From IMG/VR virus record IMGVR_UViG_3300027741_000001: DNA of 64,000 nt; one strand, given 5' to 3'. Below, in pieces: positions 8,385-15,393 of the stretch; the stretch's first letter is position 1, and each line of letters starts with the position of its first letter. The stretch comes from a virus. A model generated the notes under the pieces. That model saw nothing but the letters and a program-made list of their open reading frames with translations, did not search any database and was not told where the DNA came from. A program made the translations under genes and the position numbers.

Positions 8385-8618
8385 CTACTCCCAGTGTTCG
8401 AGACACTGCCTTTGTTCTTCCTCACTTTCGAAGATACGGATTACGTGAATACAAGGGTCTCCACCCTCGTCAAACTCGTTCTGTTCGGTTGCAGTCATAG
8501 GTGTTCCGTCGTGTGTGTTGCACACAACTTGTGGAATAATCCAGCCTTGTTTCTTTCCATAGTCCAGCCACTCGGCTAGGTCGGAGTTGCGTTCAGGGTC
8601 TTTTATAAAATCAGTCAT
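8385..8618 (-). CDS. hypothetical actinophage-type protein
   Basis: VCNTHDGTP...EGGDPCIHVIRI. Confidence 0.75.
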   Translation of the reverse strand: MTDFIKDPERNSDLAEWLDYGKKQGWIIPQVVCNTHDGTPMTATEQNEFDEGGDPCIHVIRIFESEEEQRQCLEHWE

Positions 8619-8622
8619 AGCT

Positions 8623-8817
8623 TTACTTTACTTTCTCTAAACAGACAGTGCAAATTTTTTCTAGACAAAAACCCTCGTTGTCGGTGTTGCACTCATAGTT
8701 GCACTCAAGGCTTGATTTATGTAGATATCTTTTGAATTGATGTAGGCAGTCCAAGTCTCTGGTCAAGTCAAACTTGAACCCCATTGAACTTGCTCTAATG
8801 ATGTCGGGAGTATTCAT
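8623..8817 (-). CDS. small Cys-rich protein, probably leaderless
   Basis: TTGACT...TACGAT ending 6 nt before ATG. Confidence 0.6.
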   Translation of the reverse strand: MNTPDIIRASSMGFKFDLTRDLDCLHQFKRYLHKSSLECNYECNTDNEGFCLEKICTVCLEKVK

Positions 8818-9004
8818 ATGTATATCGTATCGGTTTAATTGAAAAAGTCAAGAAGAATTTTTGCCATCGGCTGTGGAGCTAACTTCTGATGAGTTTCGTT
8901 GGAAGTTTGAGGATGCGAAAGCTTCCAGGCGGCGGGAACTTCAAATGAGGTTCGTTGGAAGTTTTTGCCTGGAAAGCTACTTTCAGATTTATTCCCGGTT
9001 TGGC

Positions 9005-9040
9005 AAAAAAAAATCCCCGCTGTTTAGGCGGGGAATTTTT
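9005..9040. terminator. intrinsic terminator
   Basis: TCCCCGC/GCGGGGA hairpin with A/T tails. Confidence 0.75.
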
Positions 9041-9308
9041 AGTCGAGTTCTGTCATATACCAATGTCGAAAAGCTATTGCTGTTCTTCTGTCTGCAGACG
9101 TCCATCGGTTTCTTATCCACTCGTCGTCAAACAACTCTGATGGTTTGTGAGGTTGTCTGACTCTAGTGTTTGCGTCTTTTAGATAGTCAATGCAATAGTA
9201 TGGCGATTTGTGTTGGAATGCTATCCACTCGCCCAAATGTTCAATGATGAAATATTGGCATGTGTCGCAAACTTTTAGTTCCCACTGTTTGTCATTGCCT
9301 ATACGCAT
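9039..9308 (-). CDS. hypothetical protein
   Basis: start MRIGND coupled by TAATG; CxxC. Confidence 0.65.
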   Translation of the reverse strand: MRIGNDKQWELKVCDTCQYFIIEHLGEWIAFQHKSPYYCIDYLKDANTRVRQPHKPSELFDDEWIRNRWTSADRRTAIAFRHWYMTELD

Positions 9309-9583
9309 TAGTTTTCCTCTTTGAAAATCCAATTGTTTTCAAAATCATGTCTGACATTTTCGTGGTCTTCGGCGCAACTAATGCACCACCACTCTCTATA
9401 TCCGTTAGACACATAATCAACGCATTCGCTGGCTAGTCCGTCTCCACACCCCTCGCAAGTGAAGCAGTTTGACCCGTTCATACAGTCAGAACATTGATAA
9501 TACTGTTTGTCTCCGGTTATAAACATTGAGGCTGCCCCGATGTTGGAGATTAGTTCGGGACAGGAGTAGCATTGCTTACTCAT
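9308..9583 (-). CDS. multi-CxxC Zn-finger protein
   Basis: four CxxC pairs. Confidence 0.7.
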   Translation of the reverse strand: MSKQCYSCPELISNIGAASMFITGDKQYYQCSDCMNGSNCFTCEGCGDGLASECVDYVSNGYREWWCISCAEDHENVRHDFENNWIFKEEN

Positions 9584-9794
9584 CGTAGTAGCCTTCCTCG
9601 TCAGCCTCTTCGTCGAGGTCTTGACAACAACTCATACACAATCCGTGTTCGAGCATTTCTTCTGGGGTTTCAGTAGAGCAGTCTCTGCATGTGTTCTCGC
9701 AGTTTGTGCAGGCGGTTAGCTCGCCTAGTTCAGTAAAGATCATAGACGTCGGTTGCCATATCAGGCACCTCGTGCATTTTAGATTTTCTTCCAT
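9576..9794 (-). CDS. multi-CxxC Zn-finger protein with acidic tail
   Basis: four CxxC pairs, DEEADEE tail. Confidence 0.7.
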   Translation of the reverse strand: MEENLKCTRCLIWQPTSMIFTELGELTACTNCENTCRDCSTETPEEMLEHGLCMSCCQDLDEEADEEGYYDE

Positions 9795-9835
9795 ATAAGT
9801 AAGTTATCACCTTATATAAAAGAATGCAAGTTTAT

Positions 9836-10618
9836 TTATGGAATTACTGTAAAAAAGTTTCCGGTCTCTAAAGCGAGACGTTCGAGGCTTGGAAAGTCTG
9901 GAATGCCGGTTACGCTGCTTCCGATGTATCCGATTCTTCGTTGGAAGTTTGCGAAGGCTGCAGTCGTTTTGTGGTCCCACTCTCCTCGCTTAGCTCCGCG
10001 CAAACCAACGGTCATACCGAGTGCAAGTTGGATAGTTGTTACGTACGGGTGCTTGAGTCCTGGAATGATGACTGAACTTTTAACGAACGGCTTCGTTGGA
10101 AGTTTACCTGGGTCCGGATCGCTCCTCTCCTCCTGCTTCGAAAATGTTCGTGAGAAGTTTGGCCGCGCGAAGGCAAGCACGTCGTAAACATATCGGTTTC
10201 GTCTGTAGACGCCATCATTGGCCTGGCTGCCTTTTGGAGTTCCGTTGGAGGTTTGAGCTTCGATCGTCTGAAACATCCCGTGCTTTAAAAAGTGCTCGAC
10301 GTCAGTGACGATTCCTACGTGAGGCATACCCAGATCTCCTCCGTTGGAAAAGCTGAAGAAGACAATGTCGCCTGTTTTTGGTCGAACGTGCGTCATCCCT
10401 CGTTGGAAGTAGTAGCTCAGAGCTGCAGCTGTGTGCACATGGGATGGCAAGTTCAAACGAACGGTTCGTGCGATCACGTCGATGAAGCTGCCGTTCCAAT
10501 CCTTGTCTGGGTACCCAACCAGTTCTCCGTACGTTGAACCTTTGTTCATACGTGCTTGATACCCAACGTGGTTACCAGCTTCCCTAAGGAATGCTTCGCG
10601 GTTCGCTCTCGTCATCAA
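9836..10618 (-). CDS. CHAP-fold protein with C-terminal peptidoglycan-binding domain; catalytic Cys absent
   Basis: PKTGDIVFF, HVGIV, TIEAQT, DGVYRRNR; TIQLAL...DHKTTAAFANFQRR PG-binding motif. Confidence 0.8.
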   Translation of the reverse strand: MMTRANREAFLREAGNHVGYQARMNKGSTYGELVGYPDKDWNGSFIDVIARTVRLNLPSHVHTAAALSYYFQRGMTHVRPKTGDIVFFSFSNGGDLGMPHVGIVTDVEHFLKHGMFQTIEAQTSNGTPKGSQANDGVYRRNRYVYDVLAFARPNFSRTFSKQEERSDPDPGKLPTKPFVKSSVIIPGLKHPYVTTIQLALGMTVGLRGAKRGEWDHKTTAAFANFQRRIGYIGSSVTGIPDFPSLERLALETGNFFTVIP

Positions 10619-10790
10619 TCTCTCCGGTCGTTAGAAGTTTCTCCAGGGCCTGCAGCAGCAAAGCTGCTTCGTTGGCTCTGGCTGTAAGTCTTATATGTTC
10701 TAGTCTAGTGGACGCCTGGTTAACGTCTGCAGCAAGCTGGGATGCGAGTTCACGTGCGTTCGTTAGAAGTTGCGGATCCGAGCTATGCAT
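10584..10790 (-). CDS. hypothetical protein
   Basis: 68-aa ORF with GGAGG RBS between TerS-like and CHAP genes. Confidence 0.7.
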   Translation of the reverse strand: MHSSDPQLLTNARELASQLAADVNQASTRLEHIRLTARANEAALLLQALEKLLTTGEIDDESEPRSIP

Positions 10791-10795
10791 GTCGG

Positions 10796-11821
10796 TTAGT
10801 CCTCCTGGATTTCTGCGTCGATGACGTCTTCGTTGGAAGTTGTAGATCCGGCAGCGGGTGCAGCTGCAGCTTCCTGGTTCGGATCAACTTCGTTGGAAGT
10901 TACCAGGATGCCTGCCTCACTGAGCTTAGACGCAGCTTCAATTGCGTTCGTTGCAAGTCGGTTCAGACGTTCAGCAATGATGCTTGCGGCCGGACGAACA
11001 TCTAATGAGATGTTGGTATCAATTTCCATTCCTCCACGTACTCCGGCTCGGTCAAGAATTTCGGTGGCGGCTTTAAGCTTTACCGGTTCACTCTCAGCGA
11101 ACTCCATCATTTGTTCTAGAACGTCGACGGCGTAAGGAGCTGCCTGGAATAACTTCTGACGAGCTCGTTCGATGTCATCGCCTGGACGATGCTTCACTGA
11201 CCTGAGGTGGATGCGGCAAAGTCCGTCATCTTGTAGACGTCCTGAAGACCAGAGCTGGCAGCGGATCCCATCATCCTTTACGTTGGAACATCTCGTTGGA
11301 AGTGCGGCCGGCTTTCTCTTTCCAGACGTAGGCGGGCTGGATTGTTCTTTTATATAAGCACGGGTTGCGCCGATGACCCAAGGTGGGCAGATGTAGTCGG
11401 AAGCTTCTTCAGCGATGAGATCGAGGCCCGTTAGATAATCTGAGTTTTTGTTCGTTGGATCTGACAGGATGGGTTTCTTTTCAGCAAGAGAGAGGATACG
11501 TTTCTCGGTTGCCATTTCTGATGAGATAGCTTGGATCAATCCCGTTGGAACTCCGTTGGATGCGTAGACCGGTATCCAGTTGAACTTCGCACGACGTAGG
11601 AGTTGTCGGTTTTCAAACGTATCTTCGCAGACGCCGCGGTCGCTCTCTTCAATGCCGAGGAGTGAAAGGTCTGGACGTAGGTTTAAAGGTTCATTGATTT
11701 CTATAATAGGAGCTTCGAGCTCTGGAGTTTCGAAAGGATCTGAAGGGATGGCCTTAACTTCCAATGGACGTTCATTAGAAGTTGAGGATCCGGATCCTAG
11801 ATCCGAGCTATCGTCTGTCAT
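10796..11821 (-). CDS. putative terminase small subunit
   Basis: C-x9-C...CRIH Zn motif followed by AVDVLEQMM...EPVKLKAATEILDRAG, typical of TerS-like proteins. Confidence 0.6.
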   Translation of the reverse strand: MTDDSSDLGSGSSTSNERPLEVKAIPSDPFETPELEAPIIEINEPLNLRPDLSLLGIEESDRGVCEDTFENRQLLRRAKFNWIPVYASNGVPTGLIQAISSEMATEKRILSLAEKKPILSDPTNKNSDYLTGLDLIAEEASDYICPPWVIGATRAYIKEQSSPPTSGKRKPAALPTRCSNVKDDGIRCQLWSSGRLQDDGLCRIHLRSVKHRPGDDIERARQKLFQAAPYAVDVLEQMMEFAESEPVKLKAATEILDRAGVRGGMEIDTNISLDVRPAASIIAERLNRLATNAIEAASKLSEAGILVTSNEVDPNQEAAAAPAAGSTTSNEDVIDAEIQED

Positions 11822-12035
11822 ATGTTCCTTCGTTCGAAGTTTGGATCGGATGGAGTCAACCGGGGAGAGGCTCGTGACTCCACCCGACCTCTTTTGCGTT
11901 TGTTTTTGTAAACGCTAGTAAGGGGAGCCTCTTCCGCAACCTCTTTTATATAAGGTTGATAGTTCTCATTATGGGGGTAGTTTGAAAAGTTTTTTAGGCG
12001 TGAGGTGTGAGAACGCTACTCTTTCTGGTTTAGAA

Positions 12036-12078
12036 ACAAAAAAATCCCCCCGAAACCATAAGGCTTGTAGGGGGGACT
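12036..12078 (-). terminator. intrinsic terminator
   Basis: CCCCCC/GGGGGG stem with U-tract on minus strand. Confidence 0.55.
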
Positions 12079-12113
12079 AAGTAAAGTTTTGAAGTTTTAC
12101 TTTTTAAAATAAA

Positions 12114-12584
12114 CTACTTGGCAAATTTGCCTCTGCTGTCTTTTTTCTGTACCAAGGCTCTTTCACGAAGTTTTTGGTTTCTTTCTTCGTTTTTGTAGAA
12201 AGGCTCACGATATGAAAGCTCGGCCACTTCATCTCTGTGAACTAAATAGTATTTATCATTACCTAGAACATAATACTTTTGTAGTCGTCCTTGATTGATG
12301 TGGTAATTTAATGCTCTTCGATTTAGGTAAAGCATTTCAGCAGCTTCATCCAAAGTAACCAAATCAGGGTGAACTTCTAAAACACGGTCTAGCCATTTAG
12401 ACGCTAGCCGAGCTTCATTGAGATCGACCAGAAAGTTCCAACCATTTGGGTTTTGATATCTTTTTAGTCTGCCTTTTTTAATCCAGTAGTGAACCATACC
12501 GACAGTAACGTAAAGAGCTTTACCTGCTTCTTTTGCAGTTACCAACTCTACTTCTTTTTCTTGCAATTGCATATCTCCCAGCAT
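12114..12584 (-). CDS. tandem excisionase/MerR-like HTH DNA-binding protein
   Basis: two repeats of LVT..EA...L.....V/L.Y.I..GRL..Y. Confidence 0.8.
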   Translation of the reverse strand: MLGDMQLQEKEVELVTAKEAGKALYVTVGMVHYWIKKGRLKRYQNPNGWNFLVDLNEARLASKWLDRVLEVHPDLVTLDEAAEMLYLNRRALNYHINQGRLQKYYVLGNDKYYLVHRDEVAELSYREPFYKNEERNQKLRERALVQKKDSRGKFAK

Positions 12585-12754
12585 TCTTGAGTTTTTTCTA
12601 GCCTAGCATTTCTGTCTGACAAAACTCTAATTCTGCGTTGTTCTTTTAAATCATCATCTAGTCCCCAAATAGTAGGGGGCCAAGTTTTAGGAGGTTCAGG
12701 TGGATCGATTATAAACCTTCCAACAGAATTTCTAAGCGGTTCACTAATGCTCAT
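12548..12754 (-). CDS. hypothetical protein, paralog of 12751..13032
   Basis: RNSVGRFI...RNARLEKTQECWEICNC. Confidence 0.65.
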   Translation of the reverse strand: MSISEPLRNSVGRFIIDPPEPPKTWPPTIWGLDDDLKEQRRIRVLSDRNARLEKTQECWEICNCKKKK

Positions 12755-13032
12755 TGGGTTCCTTTACTTTTTTCCTTGCAATTGCATTCTCCCCAACATT
12801 CTTGAGTTTTCTCCAATTCGGCGTTTCTCTCTAATAAATTTTGTATTTTATATCGTTCTCTTAAGGAATCGTTATGTTGAAAAATTACATCTAATGTTTC
12901 ATCATCCATGCTTAAGGTGTAAGGCAGCGGTAGTCCTAATTCTGGGTCGGAAGGATATATAAACCTTCCAACAGAATCTCTAATCGGTTCACCATTTGCT
13001 TTTTTCAAAGGTTCATTGTTCTTTGGATTCAT
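12751..13032 (-). CDS. hypothetical protein, paralog of 12548..12754
   Basis: RDSVGRFI...RNAELEKTQECWGECNC. Confidence 0.7.
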   Translation of the reverse strand: MNPKNNEPLKKANGEPIRDSVGRFIYPSDPELGLPLPYTLSMDDETLDVIFQHNDSLRERYKIQNLLERNAELEKTQECWGECNCKEKSKGTQ

Positions 13033-13162
13033 CTACTTCTTCTTCTTCTTCTTCTTTCTTGCTGGGATGACATTTGGTGCAATCACAATACCAAATCTTG
13101 TCGTAATATTTAATTTCTGTTTTGCAGTTTTCGTGATGACCCGTGGCACAAAAACCGCACAT
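13013..13162 (-). CDS. small Cys/His Zn-binding protein
   Basis: MCGFCATGHHENC...WYCDCTKCH, read manually. Confidence 0.65.
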   Translation of the reverse strand: MCGFCATGHHENCKTEIKYYDKIWYCDCTKCHPSKKEEEEEEVDESKEQ

Positions 13163-13166
13163 TGGT

Positions 13167-13649
13167 CTACTCGGGTTCTTCGCCCTCATTAAAATCCTCT
13201 GGTGTCGGGGGTTCTGGATATTCTTCTAGGTAGGATACAAATGCTTCGTAAAGCATATCCGGAGTTAATTCTGGAGTATCTTCGTCAATTTCTTCTTCGT
13301 ACTCTTCCATAGCTGTTCGTTCGAACTCTAGATCATCTTCAAACTCTTTCTCTTCTCTAGAAAGTTCATTGTAGTAGTCATCTTCTTCGGCTTGACGATT
13401 TGACTCTTCTTGACTTTTTTCCATCCACTGATCAATAACTTTAATTAGCTCGCCCATTGTTAAATATTTTATAACCCCATTCCAATCTTCAGAGTTGCGT
13501 AAAGCTAGTCTAAGCAAGTCCACTGACATTTTCAATCGTTGCATATCAGCTGGCATACTTAACACTCTCAAAACTTTAAGTCCGGGGAGTTCGTGCATTG
13601 GCATAACTTCCAATTCGATATCGGAAATCTCTAAAACTATATATTCCAT
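13167..13649 (-). CDS. acidic hypothetical protein
   Basis: 160-aa ORF, E/D-rich C-terminal half. Confidence 0.75.
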   Translation of the reverse strand: MEYIVLEISDIELEVMPMHELPGLKVLRVLSMPADMQRLKMSVDLLRLALRNSEDWNGVIKYLTMGELIKVIDQWMEKSQEESNRQAEEDDYYNELSREEKEFEDDLEFERTAMEEYEEEIDEDTPELTPDMLYEAFVSYLEEYPEPPTPEDFNEGEEPE

Positions 13650-14134
13650 TACAGACCTTTCGAAACAAGAGGGGTGATTTTAAGTTTTGGATCATTGGAG
13701 AAGGTTATACCCCAACCCTCGCATTGAGGGCAGTCTTCCGTATTCACCCTATGAACTATTCCGGTGCCTGTGCATTTAGGGCAAGTGATAAGTATCTCAC
13801 CATTTAGATTTTCATATTCATAAACGCTTTCCAGCTCTATATCAGAAATCTCTAATTCAACTATTTTTTCCATAATTTTCTGGATAACTTCATTGGCATT
13901 GAACTCGCTAATGGTATTCATGTATTGCTCAATCCAGACTTTAACAATTGTGCCTTTGGCACTAATTGAATAAGTTGCTCTGCCAGTAACATCTTCTCTA
14001 ACGCCGATGCTTTTGTAGATTACATCTCGAGCGATCTGAACTGCTTCATCTAGGTATTTAACTTCTAAGTATTGACCTTGCTTTGTGTATCTGAACTCGG
14101 CGTAGGTCTGAACTATTGGTCTATCTATTGTCAT
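13649..14134 (-). CDS. hypothetical protein with DnaJ-type Zn-finger repeats
   Basis: CPKCTGTG...CPQCEGWG. Confidence 0.75.
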   Translation of the reverse strand: MTIDRPIVQTYAEFRYTKQGQYLEVKYLDEAVQIARDVIYKSIGVREDVTGRATYSISAKGTIVKVWIEQYMNTISEFNANEVIQKIMEKIVELEISDIELESVYEYENLNGEILITCPKCTGTGIVHRVNTEDCPQCEGWGITFSNDPKLKITPLVSKGL

Positions 14135-14158
14135 TATGTATTTATCCTATCGGTTATC

Positions 14159-14608
14159 TTATCGGCAGTCAACACAAAGAAATGCGTTGTACCCGTGTTT
14201 ACCATTTTGAGAGATCGCTACTGGACTAATTGGCTTTTCCACATCACATCTATCGCATTTAGGATCAATCAGCCACTTAATCTCTACTCCAAGAGATTTT
14301 GCCTTAGACATAGATTTACTCAAAGCGTGTGAAGTTCCTGATCCATTAGTTTTTCTCAAAAACAGTCTTGTATCAGATACTTCCAAAACTAGACGAATCT
14401 GCTTACAATCGCAAGCCATCCTGGTTGGGTTACAAGCTACAACATCAGCATAAGTTGAATGTCTTGTATTTGGGTGTCCGCAGATACAGATCCGTCCATC
14501 ACGTTCTCTAGTTCGAATAACTTCTTCTTCTGCAACTTGTAAAGCTTCTTCTTCCGAGAAATCGAAAAAGCTCATTGCATCCTTATTTTCTTCCAATTTT
14601 ATCTCCAA
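14159..14608 (-). CDS. Cys-rich Zn-binding hypothetical protein
   Basis: CICGH...H...C...CDC, CDRC, CVDC. Confidence 0.75.
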   Translation of the reverse strand: MEIKLEENKDAMSFFDFSEEEALQVAEEEVIRTRERDGRICICGHPNTRHSTYADVVACNPTRMACDCKQIRLVLEVSDTRLFLRKTNGSGTSHALSKSMSKAKSLGVEIKWLIDPKCDRCDVEKPISPVAISQNGKHGYNAFLCVDCR

Positions 14609-14766
14609 TCGATAATTAAAAATGATACCTTACGAAACAACTATAACACAACTAAAAACCCATTTATTGGTTTATTTCAACCTTTTTTTACTACGCGTAT
14701 AGAGAAAAAATTCCGCATTAAGGGAAAATATAGTTGCAATAAACCATAAAGTGTATATTGGATTAG

Positions 14767-14873
14767 TTATACTATCAACTTTTTTACAAAAACTTTTGTT
14801 TTTTCCGATAGTATCTCTACCATAGATACTATTCACTTTTTGCAATAACTTTTCAAAATATCTGATAGTATCT
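14767..14873. repeat. two tandem 50-bp inverted-repeat elements (operator/origin candidate)
   Basis: 14767-14816 and 14824-14873, AGATACTAT-N32-ATAGTATCT (first copy degenerate on the left); third copy at 47403. Confidence 0.85.
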
Positions 14874-14912
14874 TTTATAGTTGTACACAAGATCCCTCGA
14901 AAGGACCCCCCG

Positions 14913-15323
14913 ATGAGTTGTCGTGAAACACCAGATTTTGACGAATCCGAGGTCCTTATGTACAAAAAATTACACAAAAAAGCTTCTGGAAACCCTTGGA
15001 TATTCTCCACGTTTAAGGGTGACGAATATCCTCCAGACATCATTCTTTCGATAGTTTTAAGTGCGGCAGCTTGGCCGGTAATGATCTGGTATTGGACAAA
15101 ATCATATCTTTGGCCTATTTTCTCAATTCTTCTATCTACGGCACTTTTGGCAATTTGCTTCAATTTAGGCTCTTTCTATCTTTATGTCTTAATTGGCTAT
15201 TTCAGCGCATTATTCGGAATTACAAGCTGGCTCCTAATTGGCTTTGCTCACGGAACTACCCCAAAACACAGAGAAATGACCATAAAAGAGTGGTCAGACC
15301 ATATTACTAAAGATTTAGATTAA
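14913..15323 (+). CDS. membrane protein
   Basis: about three hydrophobic helices. Confidence 0.65.
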   Translation: MSCRETPDFDESEVLMYKKLHKKASGNPWIFSTFKGDEYPPDIILSIVLSAAAWPVMIWYWTKSYLWPIFSILLSTALLAICFNLGSFYLYVLIGYFSALFGITSWLLIGFAHGTTPKHREMTIKEWSDHITKDLD

Positions 15324-15393
15324 AAGGTCATAAACCCGATTCTGCGGTAAAATAGATTCGGGAGAGATACACCTCTATAGAGAGATATCTCAT

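Larger units (their letters stand above)
8881..11843 (-). repeat. left cluster of dispersed motif AACTTCYAACGAA
   Basis: plus-strand CGTTRGAAGTT at 8897, 8953, 9939, 10094, 10629, 10761, 10831, 10891 plus about 10 variants. Confidence 0.9.

Noticed and set aside
8861-9160. 99-aa plus-strand ORF
   Set aside because: TTG start without RBS, crosses a terminator and overlaps a better minus-strand gene; the region looks cis-regulatory.
14672-15163. 163-aa minus-strand ORF
   Set aside because: Antisense to the membrane-protein gene and runs through the 50-bp repeats; no recognisable protein features.
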